DNA of 64,000 nucleotides from Spironucleus salmonicida (Eukaryota): NCBI RefSeq assembly GCF_000497125.1, contig NC_090599.1, positions 1,178,001 to 1,242,000 of the forward strand, read 5' to 3'. Shown piece by piece: positions 37,180 to 48,368 of this stretch (position 1 is its first letter; each line of letters starts with the position of its first letter). The notes under the pieces were generated by a model. It saw only the letters and a program-made list of their open reading frames with translations, ran no database searches and was not told where the DNA came from. The position numbers and the translations under genes were made by a program.

Positions 37180-38973
37180 TCACACCACTTTGAAGAAGTA
37201 GTGCGCGAAGGGCGGCTCCTCCGCGACCTGCAGCACCTGCCGGCGGACCTGGATCGCTCCCTGGGCCACCATCTCGCACAACAGGAGGAACGCGCACCGC
37301 TCCCAGTCGAGCCCGGGCAGCAGATCCTACGCCGCCGCCGCGAAGGCCCGGTCCTTGAGGAGGGCGCGGAACTGCGTCAGGCGCATGCTCCGGAAGAAGG
37401 CGAGCAGGGGGCGCAGCAGGGGCTCCACGTGCACGCGGCGGGCTGCGGGGCGGCCGGTGCATACCTCGCACTTGCCGCAGCCCGGGACCGCGAACCCGGT
37501 GTAGTACTGCTCCAGTAGCCGCCAGGTGCAGACTGGGCGTTCGAGGATGCAGAAGAGGTCGCACACAGCCTTGGCCTGGGCCTCGAAGTTCGCCTCTGCG
37601 CCGCCCAGCACGAGCTTCAGGTACGCGAAGGCGTCCTCCCAGCTGTAGTTCAGGTAGCCATCGCAGCGCTGGCCGCTCCGCCCGCCGCGGCCGATCTTCT
37701 GCACGAAGTCGTTCACGCCGGAGGGGAAGTCGTGCACGTAGACGTAGGCCAGCCGCTTCAGATTGATGCCCATGCCGAATCCCACGGTCGCCACCAGCGC
37801 CCGGACGGCATCATCCGCGACCCAGCGCTGGGCGTTCGCCGAGGCGTCCCGCAGCCGGGAATGGAAGGGGAGCGCCGAGCATCCGGACCGCGAGAGCGTG
37901 GCGGCGAGCTCCTCGCAGGTGGCAGTCTTCCTGGCGTACACGAGCATCTTCTGGTCGTGGGTGTCTGCGAAGCGCAGCAGGGCCGCGGCGTCGGCGCGCT
38001 GGTAGCGGGCGTGGATGTGGAGGTTGGGCCGGAACACCGAGAAGGTGAGCACCTCCATGCCGCAGAAGGCGAAGGCGCGCTGGATCTCGGCCAGGTCGCA
38101 CTCGGGGAGGCTGGCGCTGAGGCCGACCACGGGCAAGTTGGTGCGGCCGCGGATGGTCTGGATCACGCCCACGATCTGCGCGTAGTCGGTCCGGAAGCCG
38201 CTACACTCAACCATGAGGTGGCACTCGTCCACGGCGACGAGGGCGACCTGGTTCTGGGAGACCATAGCCTTCAGCATCGCCTGCAGGGGCGCGTCCCCAA
38301 CCAGCCGTTCGGGCGTGAGGAAGAGTACCATGTCGGTCTGGGCCTGCAGCTCGCCCCTGCAGATCCGGCCCGCGCCGGAGTTCAGCTGGCGGGCGTTGAC
38401 GCCCATCTCCTGCAGGTTGCGGATCTGGTCCTCCCGGAGCGCGATGGTCGGCGTCACCACCACGGCGACCTTGCCGAAGAGCACGGCCGGCAGCGTGTAG
38501 ATCAGGGACTTCCCGCCCGACGTGGGGATCGTGCACAGCGTGGACTTGCGGGCGAACACGCGCGAGAGCACGGCGGCCTGGGCTGGGCGCAGGGCCGGGA
38601 TCCGCAGTGACTGCAGCGCCGTGGCGACTAACGGCAGCAGCGAGGACGCGATCAAGTCGTTCTCCAGCGGCGGGACGCGCCGGGGCGTGAGGAAGCAGCG
38701 CTCGGCGTCGGCGGCCGGGCACACGGGGAGCAGCACGTGCTGGGGGACGAATGATACGGGCTGCGGCGGGGGCTGCGAGGCCAGGTGTTCCGAGACCACC
38801 TCGAAGGAGGCTGAGGACGCGAGCGAGACCACCGAGACGGCGCTGGAGGGCGATCCGGGCGATGCAGCTGCAACAGTGGATTCCTGCGCTACCCCAGCAC
38901 TCGGCATGGCGTCAGTGATGCGGAGGCGGACCGGGGCGAAGGCCTGGCAGAAGTAGTCCTTGAGGTTCTCCAT
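37180..38973 (-). CDS. RecQ-family helicase, arm B left copy (Trp to Cys in the aromatic-rich loop)
   Basis: IPTSGGKSLIY, VDECHLMVECSGFRTDY, ATVGFGMGIN, QKIGRGGR, CGKCEVC; reads through TAG at 37327 to TGA; 597 aa. Confidence 0.93.
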
Positions 38974-38988
38974 TGGAAAGGAATGCGA

Positions 38989-39558
38989 TCACTCGGCGGC
39001 CTTCTGCGCCTGGACGGCGTTCCAGCACGCCCTGCAGCAGGCGACGTACATGTCCGCGCCGCCGATGACGACCTCGGCGGTGTCGTTGGTGATGCGGGCC
39101 GAGAATGGCGCGTCCTGGAAGCAGCTGTAGCACACGGAGCTGAGCTTGTCCACGTGGTCGGCCAGCGCGCACAGCGGGGGGATCACATCGAAGGGCTTGC
39201 GCAGGAAGTTGCCGTCCAGGGCGGTCACCAGCACCGTCTTGCCGGCGTTGGCGAGCGCCTCGGCGTGCTCCACGAGGTCGGGGTAGAACTGGCCCTCGTC
39301 GATCGCGACCACGTCGATCGTAGCGTCTACCAGGTGTATCACGTCCGCCAACCTGGAGGCCTGCACCGCCGGGAGCCCCATCATGTCGTGTGTGGAAAGC
39401 TGGTCCGCGGAGTAGCGCGTGTCGGCCGCGAACTTCACCACCAGCACGGAGCGCTTCGCGGCGCGGTACTTGCGGATGCGCCTGATGAGCTCGGTGGACT
39501 TGCCCGAGAACATGGGGCCGAGGATGAGCTGGATATTGCCGCCGCTGAGGATGACCAT
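38989..39558 (-). CDS. TK1: Thymidine kinase (TK1 family), arm B left copy
   Basis: GPMFSGKSTEL, DTRY, IDEGQF, ALDGNF, CYSC..IGGADMYVACCRAC. Confidence 0.95.
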   Translation of the reverse strand: MVILSGGNIQLILGPMFSGKSTELIRRIRKYRAAKRSVLVVKFAADTRYSADQLSTHDMMGLPAVQASRLADVIHLVDATIDVVAIDEGQFYPDLVEHAEALANAGKTVLVTALDGNFLRKPFDVIPPLCALADHVDKLSSVCYSCFQDAPFSARITNDTAEVVIGGADMYVACCRACWNAVQAQKAAE

Positions 39559-39647
39559 TGCGGAAAGGGTGGAAACTAAGTTGACGGGGCGAGCGAGATA
39601 TGCGGACCGCGGCGGCTCCGGACGAAAAACCCGGGAACCGCTCCACA

Positions 39648-39854
39648 ATGGACCTCCTACTCCCCGCCGCCTTCCTGCAGGCCCAGCTCGGCCAGCCGGT
39701 AACCGTGGAGCTCAAGTCGGGGCAGGTCCTCACCGGGCAGCTCGAGGCCGCCGACGCGTACTACAACCTGCGGCTCTCCGGGGCCTCGCTCGGTGCGGAG
39801 CCCATGGGGCACGTCACCGTGCGCTGCAACAACGTGCTGACCGTTGCGAAGTGA
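39648..39854 (+). CDS. Sm/LSm protein, SmF-like, arm B left copy
   Basis: PAAFL..GQPVTVELKSG..GQLEAADAYYNLRL..GHVTVRCNNVL (Sm1/Sm2 motifs; RCNNVL as in SmF). Confidence 0.85.
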   Translation: MDLLLPAAFLQAQLGQPVTVELKSGQVLTGQLEAADAYYNLRLSGASLGAEPMGHVTVRCNNVLTVAK

Positions 39855-40195
39855 GGTTTCTTTGGCTTGCCCCCGCGCCCTTGGTACGTGCGCTAGCAAA
39901 CACTTGTATTGGTTTAATCTTCAAAATTTAATCCTTCCGTTGCCTTTTATATACTATTCTTATTATATTATGTTATTTAAATAAAATTAAATGTATAAAA
40001 AATATAGCAGCTAAATTATTCACATAAATGCGCGCCCAACTATCCTCTACTACAACACACCTTCGTTAATTCCAGAACATATTATTTTTTCAAGACAAAA
40101 CTCCACTATTATCACATACTACCGCGCACCTGAAAATATCAATTCCAGCTCGCTATTTTCGCTCAATTTTGAGGATTTAATGTGAATTGGTTCAC

Positions 40196-41791
40196 TCATT
40201 TGAGCGTAAACTTGCTCTTTTTCTCGGACTAGTCCACCACCTTGATCTCTACTACACAACCTCTGGTCTCCTTCTCCTGCAGCGCCCTCAGGCTCAAATT
40301 TTGCTTCTAGCCGGGAGGATCCACGGCTGGGCTCAGCAGGAGCCATTCTAGAGGTCTTTCCCTCTTTATAACGCACGCAGCCCTCCTGAACTCCTGCCTC
40401 AGCATCTTCGCGCCTGCTGCGTTCACATGGCGTCCAACGTTTACGTTCACCTCAAAGGGGTCTTCGACGGCGCAGAACGCGAACTAGTTGCTGAAAAATG
40501 GTGGTGGAGCATTAAAATTCGAGATAATTGGCAGATTGCTTATCTGCAGATCCTGTGCCCGTTCGTATGGTGTGAAATCGTCCTGCTCCTGGTTCCGGAA
40601 AACTATCTCCTGGTTCTTGTCCCCGTCGCGCAGAAACCACGATTTCTCGTCCCTGGAGAGCGCCCGCCCGCACCGAATCGATACTACACTCGTATCCCAG
40701 TTAAAGTAGTACCCATAGAAGAAGAAAAAGCCGATAATAAGCTGCTAAATCGTGAAATTGCTGCGCGTCTTGATAGGGTCTAAAAACGCCACATTGTACG
40801 AATTGATCAGCGAAATCGCGTTTCCGGGCTGTAAACAAGGCAGTACGGGGCACTTCAGCGTCTGAAGGTAGAAAATCGATAAATTGACGTAAAAATAGGA
40901 GTGAAGGCCGATTTCGTGCAAAATCTCGCGCTTGTTGGCCCAAATCTTGACGAAAAGAATGAAATCGTGCAGGACTGGGTTCGATTTAATGTAATTTCCG
41001 ACTAGTTTCGTGTTTTGGACCGGGAGCAGATTGTTGACGCAGATGTCCATGCTAAGCGATTGGTATGTTGACAGCCGCTTGCAGTCGTCACCGATGACGT
41101 TTTTAGCGAAATCGACGAGGACTTGAATGCGCAAAACGGGAACTCGCGCGTACGGGACCAGATTGACTGAATTTCCGAGGTTTCTCGCCAAATAAGCTAA
41201 AATTAGCGCCTTTCGCAGTTTAATGCGCTTCTCTGACAGCTGGTTCGAAATCGTGTCCCTGTCGCCTGAAATAACCGCTGAGTTGACCTACTCCACGTAG
41301 TGCACGTATTCAGACACTGGGAAGCTGTAATTGTGCAAATATGGCTCTATTTCTTGTTGTTTCAAAGCTAGCAATTCATACTTGGTTTCGTCTAAAATTA
41401 CTGTTGCGTCAATGTCAGACGAAATGGAGGAGATCTGGTTTGCTGCTCCGCCGTATAGCTCTATATTGCCTAGTTTCTGCGTTAAATACGATTTTACGAG
41501 TGACAGATTTTCCTCCGTAAATAGCTAGTTTCTGGTTTCTGAGAGAAGTGGAATGAGTGATTTTTGAAGATTTTTCAGCTGATTAAATGAAATTTATGAC
41601 GGTGTACCTTCAGAAACTTTTCCAGGTGGCGGTGGACATGAGGTTTGAGACTAAACAGGCAAATTTTCGATTTCTTCTGCCAGTAACCTCCCAAAATAAG
41701 GATCAAATCTTTAGTTTAGCGATCCTAATGATATACCAGGTGGCAGTGGACCTAACTCAATATTATATTCTTCTTATTCACTACTTGACAT
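40196..41791 (-). CDS. Cid1/Trf4-type non-canonical poly(A)/poly(U) polymerase
   Basis: LYGGAANQISSISSDIDA, ARVPVL, MDICVNN, FVKIWA, PAP-associated VEDPFEVNVNVGR; 531 aa. Confidence 0.88.
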
Positions 41792-41893
41792 TTAAAAGGG
41801 AATGTATTTTACAATATAATAATGAATAAATGGAAAGTCTTAATATTTATTTAAATATAAATTATATACTAAATAAATAATGATTTAGTAAAA

Positions 41894-42886
41894 ATGGAAA
41901 ATATACCTAATTTTTTCACTAATATTTTCACATATTTTTCAGATGATTGCTACCACACTTATGATTAAAGCTTTTATTACAGATATTCTATTTAGTTTCA
42001 ATTATTAGATAAAATTTAATTAGAAATTAGATTTGAGTATACTAATTAAGATTCAAAATTACCTGTTCTTTAATATAAGGAAAACTTCGTAGGAGTGCTT
42101 GAATCCAATATTTATTCTTTATCCAAAAATTAAGTTTATTTGCTATGTTCTGAGTAGTGTGCAACGATTAAGTCTTACACTATATTTAAAAACATTTTAG
42201 TTATTTCCAATAAACTAAACCAAATAGGATATTTTATAGATGGAAAAATATCTTATTAATAGGATTAGTATGAAGGCGATGATTTGTATCTCATTACTTA
42301 CAAGAATTCCTTATTCATGATTCAAAATGGTACAATCTAGGGCACAGTATTAAAAAAATCTATATAAATTAAATATAACAAATCATTTATATTTGATTAA
42401 ATTATAAATAATTATATTGTTTTCAAAACAGAAACTTCAACTATACTTATTAATTTGGAAACTTATGAAGAATATTCTCTTGCCATGTCTACAAATATTA
42501 TTAGTATTAATTCATTTGTATTTGTAAGACTAAAGTCAAAGACTAGATAATTTAGTTTAACATCATTTTTATCATTATTTACATAAAATGATAGAACGTT
42601 AAAACAGGTATTGAAAGATAATACCCATCTCATGTTACTGTATAATAAAATGGAAATTGTTAAAAATTTCATATTAGAATAGGCAAATTAACTTTTAGAT
42701 ATATATTTTGTTAAATAAGAAGAGTCGTAATCATGTTAATAGTTAGAAATAGATAAATTAAGTTAAAAGAAAACATAATTATTATTTGAACATAAAATAT
42801 TGCAGCATGAGTTAATATAGTAAATTAATTAATATAATTTAGACTTACGCGAGCTTTAATTTACAAAAGCTAGAAATAAAAAATGA
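41894..42886 (+). CDS. Hypothetical protein (330 aa)
   Basis: Long open frame with TAR=Gln; no recognised motif. Confidence 0.55.
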
Positions 42887-42888
42887 TA

Positions 42889-43155
42889 TCACTTTTTTAA
42901 ACCGTCTTAACTTAGTTTATGTTATTTTATAAGCTTCTATCCTGAACTTTACGGGCGTTTAATAATCTATAATAGTTAATCTTTTTCAAGATTATTTAAT
43001 ATTGGAAGCCAGACTTACTTATTAATTTCAAAATATTATTCCAATTTTTCTTATGCAGAAATACTTAATTTAGACTAAAGGTTAGCAGATTGTTTTTATT
43101 GTATCTTAACTTTCTTCTCTAATTTCTATTAGCTAATTTTTTATGTTTTACCCAT
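42889..43155 (-). CDS. Small basic hypothetical protein (88 aa)
   Basis: MGKTQKISQQKLEKKVK...; stop in AGTGA context. Confidence 0.5.
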
Positions 43156-43341
43156 TTGTCAATACGGGTATTTACAAATATAATATAATAATTAAAATAT
43201 TAAATTAAAAGGAGTGAAATTTAGTAATATAATTTATTAGTTTGGCTGTATTAATTATATAATAGTTAATTATATGTATAAAAATTAAACCGACGAATAT
43301 ATGCGCACGTACCAAGGGCGCGGGGGCAAGCCAAAGAAACC

Positions 43342-43548
43342 TCACTTCGCAACGGTCAGCACGTTGTTGCAGCGCACGGTGACGTGCCCCATGGGCTCCG
43401 CACCGAGCGAGGCCCCGGAGAGCCGCAGGTTGTAGTACGCGTCGGCGGCCTCGAGCTGCCCGGTGAGGACCTGCCCCGACTTGAGCTCCACGGTTACCGG
43501 CTGGCCGAGCTGGGCCTGCAGGAAGGCGGCGGGGAGTAGGAGGTCCAT
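43342..43548 (-). CDS. Sm/LSm protein, SmF-like, arm B right copy
   Basis: Translation identical to 39648-39854. Confidence 0.85.
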   Translation of the reverse strand: MDLLLPAAFLQAQLGQPVTVELKSGQVLTGQLEAADAYYNLRLSGASLGAEPMGHVTVRCNNVLTVAK

Positions 43549-43637
43549 TGTGGAGCGGTTCCCGGGTTTTTCGTCCGGAGCCGCCGCGGTCCGCATATCT
43601 CGCTCGCCCCGTCAACTTAGTTTCCACCCTTTCCGCA

Positions 43638-44207
43638 ATGGTCATCCTCAGCGGCGGCAATATCCAGCTCATCCTCGGCCCCATGTTCTCGGGCAAGTCC
43701 ACCGAGCTCATCAGGCGCATCCGCAAGTACCGCGCCGCGAAGCGCTCCGTGCTGGTGGTGAAGTTCGCGGCCGACACGCGCTACTCCGCGGACCAGCTTT
43801 CCACACACGACATGATGGGGCTCCCGGCGGTGCAGGCCTCCAGGTTGGCGGACGTGATACACCTGGTAGACGCTACGATCGACGTGGTCGCGATCGACGA
43901 GGGCCAGTTCTACCCCGACCTCGTGGAGCACGCCGAGGCGCTCGCCAACGCCGGCAAGACGGTGCTGGTGACCGCCCTGGACGGCAACTTCCTGCGCAAG
44001 CCCTTCGATGTGATCCCCCCGCTGTGCGCGCTGGCCGACCACGTGGACAAGCTCAGCTCCGTGTGCTACAGCTGCTTCCAGGACGCGCCATTCTCGGCCC
44101 GCATCACCAACGACACCGCCGAGGTCGTCATCGGCGGCGCGGACATGTACGTCGCCTGCTGCAGGGCGTGCTGGAACGCCGTCCAGGCGCAGAAGGCCGC
44201 CGAGTGA
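43638..44207 (+). CDS. TK1: Thymidine kinase, arm B right copy
   Basis: Translation identical to 38989-39558. Confidence 0.95.
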   Translation: MVILSGGNIQLILGPMFSGKSTELIRRIRKYRAAKRSVLVVKFAADTRYSADQLSTHDMMGLPAVQASRLADVIHLVDATIDVVAIDEGQFYPDLVEHAEALANAGKTVLVTALDGNFLRKPFDVIPPLCALADHVDKLSSVCYSCFQDAPFSARITNDTAEVVIGGADMYVACCRACWNAVQAQKAAE

Positions 44208-44222
44208 TCGCATTCCTTTCCA

Positions 44223-46016
44223 ATGGAGAACCTCAAGGACTACTTCTGCCAGGCCTTCGCCCCGGTCCGCCTCCGCATCACTGACGCCATGCCGAGTGCT
44301 GGGGTAGCGCAGGAATCCACTGTTGCAGCTGCATCGCCCGGATCGCCCTCCAGCGCCGTCTCGGTGGTCTCGCTCGCGTCCTCAGCCTCCTTCGAGGTGG
44401 TCTCGGAACACCTGGCCTCGCAGCCCCCGCCGCAGCCCGTATCATTCGTCCCCCAGCACGTGCTGCTCCCCGTGTGCCCGGCCGCCGACGCCGAGCGCTG
44501 CTTCCTCACGCCCCGGCGCGTCCCGCCGCTGGAGAACGACTTGATCGCGTCCTCGCTGCTGCCGTTAGTCGCCACGGCGCTGCAGTCACTGCGGATCCCG
44601 GCCCTGCGCCCAGCCCAGGCCGCCGTGCTCTCGCGCGTGTTCGCCCGCAAGTCCACGCTGTGCACGATCCCCACGTCGGGCGGGAAGTCCCTGATCTACA
44701 CGCTGCCGGCCGTGCTCTTCGGCAAGGTCGCCGTGGTGGTGACGCCGACCATCGCGCTCCGGGAGGACCAGATCCGCAACCTGCAGGAGATGGGCGTCAA
44801 CGCCCGCCAGCTGAACTCCGGCGCGGGCCGGATCTGCAGGGGCGAGCTGCAGGCCCAGACCGACATGGTACTCTTCCTCACGCCCGAACGGCTGGTTGGG
44901 GACGCGCCCCTGCAGGCGATGCTGAAGGCTATGGTCTCCCAGAACCAGGTCGCCCTCGTCGCCGTGGACGAGTGCCACCTCATGGTTGAGTGGAGCGGCT
45001 TCCGGACCGACTACGCGCAGATCGTGGGCGTGATCCAGACCATCCGCGGCCGCACCAACTTGCCCGTGGTCGGCCTCAGCGCCAGCCTCCCCGAGTGCGA
45101 CCTGGCCGAGATCCAGCGCGCCTTCGCCTTCTGCGGCATGGAGGTGCTCACCTTCTCGGTGTTCCGGCCCAACCTCCACATCCACGCCCGCTACCAGCGC
45201 GCCGACGCCGCGGCCCTGCTGCGCTTCGCAGACACCCACGACCAGAAGATGCTCGTGTACGCCAGGAAGACTGCCACCTGCGAGGAGCTCGCCGCCACGC
45301 TCTCGCGGTCCGGATGCTCGGCGCTCCCCTTCCATTCCCGGCTGCGGGACGCCTCGGCGAACGCCCAGCGCTGGGTCGCGGATGATGCCGTCCGGGCGCT
45401 GGTGGCGACCGTGGGATTCGGCATGGGCATCAATCTGAAGCGGCTGGCCTACGTCTACGTGCACGACTTCCCCTCCGGCGTGAACGACTTCGTGCAGAAG
45501 ATCGGCCGCGGCGGGCGGAGCGGCCAGCGCTGCGATGGCTACCTGAACTACAGCTGGGAGGACGCCTTCGCGTACCTGAAGCTCGTGCTGGGCGGCGCAG
45601 AGGCGAACTTCGAGGCCCAGGCCAAGGCTGTGTGCGACCTCTTCTGCATCCTCGAACGCCCAGTCTGCACCTGGCGGCTACTGGAGCAGTACTACACCGG
45701 GTTCGCGGTCCCGGGCTGCGGCAAGTGCGAGGTATGCACCGGCCGCCCCGCAGCCCGCCGCGTGCACGTGGAGCCCCTGCTGCGCCCCCTGCTCGCCTTC
45801 TTCCGGAGCATGCGCCTGACGCAGTTCCGCGCCCTCCTCAAGGACCGGGCCTTCGCGGCGGCGGCGTAGGATCTGCTGCCCGGGCTCGACTGGGAGCGGT
45901 GCGCGTTCCTCCTGTTGTGCGAGATGGTGGCCCAGGGAGCGATCCAGGTCCGCCGGCAGGTGCTGCAGGTCGCGGAGGAGCCGCCCTTCGCGCACTACTT
46001 CTTCAAAGTGGTGTGA
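44223..46016 (+). CDS. RecQ-family helicase, arm B right copy (canonical Trp)
   Basis: VDECHLMVEWSGFRTDY; reads through TAG at 45867 to TGA at 46014. Confidence 0.93.
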
Positions 46017-46019
46017 CCC

Positions 46020-48179
46020 TCACTCTGCGCCCCTGTCGCTGCTCCCGAACAGCCGCTCCTTCACGACGAAGCTGTGGTTGTTCACGGTTACGCCGCTCTC
46101 CTCGTCGACGTAACTCTCGCTCCGTAGAATCAGTACCTCCTCGACGCCGATGTCCTCGGCCCGCTCGGTCTTCATGATGAGGAACCGGATGCGCTTGAAG
46201 ATCTTCTGGAAGTCCCACAGAACGCCCTGTCGCAGGAAGAACGTGATCTTCACGACCTTCTGCGACTGCGCAAACTGTCCAATAATGTAGTCTTCTATCT
46301 CGCGGGAGCCTACCTTAGATTAAACAGCCCGTTAACTTAGCTCTATTTCATCAATTTTTTCAACCTTCTTTATACGTTCGCACTACATAGTGAAGGTCAC
46401 TCCTTTGTACTAACATTTAAACGCGAGGATATCTTTATTCTTGGCATCATTCTCAGTAAACTATACAGATTCACCCTTAAAAATGTGTTCGATCTTCATA
46501 CATAACTCAGAGAGCAATGGTGCAGGATCTAGGATAATAAAACCTTTTGCAATTGCTGGCTTATGTAGTGGGAGTTAAAGCCACTCAGAGTCTAGGGCTT
46601 CCTAAACTGTTAGGCGATTTTCAGGCGTAGGTTACAATAGCTGATTGACCAATTCCCGTGCTTCTTTACTGAACTAGTAGCTTAACGGCTCAAAAGTACT
46701 ATTTTTGATTTACTATACTACAGAATCATTTTTACAGCTAAATAAAGGTTTTCCTGTCAATAATTCATAAAGTATGAGACCACATTACCACATATCAACG
46801 CATTTCGCATCAAAATCTTCGCAAAATAGAAGCATCTCCGGTGGCATGTGTGATAGAGTTCCGGCAATTGTTCCAGCTTTCAACATAAATCCTGGCTCCA
46901 TATGCACTGAATTACCAAAGTCACAAATCCTTGCATCTCCATTAGAGTCTATTAATATATTTTATAATCTGATATCTAAATGTGCAATTTTTAAGTTATG
47001 TAAATGTTCTATACCTAATAAAATCTATGTAAAAAAATATCGTGCTATTGGCTCTGTTATTGACGTAGAGTGACAATATTCAGCAAGCGATCCACCACCA
47101 CAAAGATCTACAACAATAACTGACCACTAATTTCCGTTCTTATCTTTATGAATAAAAGATTCATAAAATTATACAATATACTCGCTTTATGCTAAAGAGA
47201 GAAAATTTTCTTCAGGCAGTTGGGTACAATAATTTTCACCTGTAAAAAATGACTGCTTTGATATCTTTTTATTCTATATTTAGCTGATTTTTAAGCATAT
47301 TTCTTTCTACTAAATATCATTCTTTTTAATAGCACATTTTACTATACCTGTTTTACCGAAACCTAATGTTCTTCCAGTGATATATTCCCCTATTATTTTG
47401 AGATCAGCTCCTAAAAATGTCTAATGAGCCTATAATTCAGTATTAAGAGCACGCATAAGACCATCAAATTCAATTGAAGAAAGCGTGCCGGAGTGGGTTG
47501 AATCATATTCTTTAATCAAAAGCCTTGAAAGTTTAATATCATTAAAATCCTCAACTTTATTTGAATTTTCAGATGTTGGAGAAGATGGTTTTAAAGTGCT
47601 TACAAGACCAGACAAATCTATACCTTATGCTGCTAATTAATCTATCAAAAGACAGATATCATGCTCCGTTATATAATCCTATTCTATTTTATCATTAAAT
47701 GCATCCTATCTAAATACAACATCTAATCCTCGGGAATTCAGCCCTAAGGCTTATGAAATTGAAAACTAATCAAGTTCAGATGCATTTTTGGAACCATCAA
47801 CCATTTTTTCAACCATTGTTCTCACATCATAGATTTCATCTGTCTATGGTTATTGCATAAGTCCATACTATTAAGTTTGATCTTCGTTTAATGCAGATAT
47901 TTTTTAATCTTAATTTATAGTGGTAAACGGAATACAAGATGATTGTTAAAATAAAGATTAAGAATAGTCTAAAAATGTGTCAAAGGATAAACACTGCTAA
48001 TGGTTGCTACCGTATTTAAAAAAGTCGTTTAATATAATAATACGCAATGGTTAAAGATGTTTGCAAAACGTTGAATTTAAAAATTCCTTGTAAGTTACAT
48101 GCCCAGAATTTGATATGTTCATCTTGACGAAAGTTTAATGCAATTCTTAGTATTTTGGTTGTGATGTGCATATTCCCAT
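46020..48179 (-). CDS. CAMK-group Ser/Thr kinase with N-terminal acylation motif and EF-hands and a C-terminal KA1-like domain
   Basis: MGICTS; EF-like NISNSGHVTYKE and DSTHSGTLSSIE; LGFGKTGIVK, HLDIRLQNIL, DFG, GTLSHMPPE, DMWQCG; tail ITFFLRQGVLWDFQKIF; 719 aa. Confidence 0.88.
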
Positions 48180-48368
48180 TTAAATATAATATCTATATAT
48201 GCATATAATGACCTTATTCAAAACATTAAAAATATATGTAGATATATTTATATATAATAACAAAATATTAATTGCCAGATATTTTCAGCAAAATACTCGA
48301 AACTGAAATGCCAAGTCACAATTATTATTCATTTTTATGTCATATGGAAATACATCCCAAAACGGAAA

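Larger units (their letters stand above)
36923..39893 (+). repeat. GC-rich inverted repeat B, left arm (2971 bp)
   Basis: Reverse complement of 43303-46273 (position sum 83196); two differences visible (37151 and 38203). Confidence 0.98.
43303..46273 (-). repeat. GC-rich inverted repeat B, right arm
   Basis: Reverse complement of 36923-39893. Confidence 0.98.

Noticed and set aside
40028-40783. Long plus-strand ORF
   Set aside because: Antisense to the nucleotidyltransferase, which carries the recognisable motifs; with one stop codon, long antisense frames are expected.
36923-46273. GC-rich arms as bacterial contamination, a composite transposon or an integrated virus (TK plus helicase)
   Set aside because: The arms encode a eukaryotic Sm protein, read TAG as Gln and are continuous with a native AT-rich kinase gene. 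No transposase, integrase, capsid gene or target-site duplication is visible.
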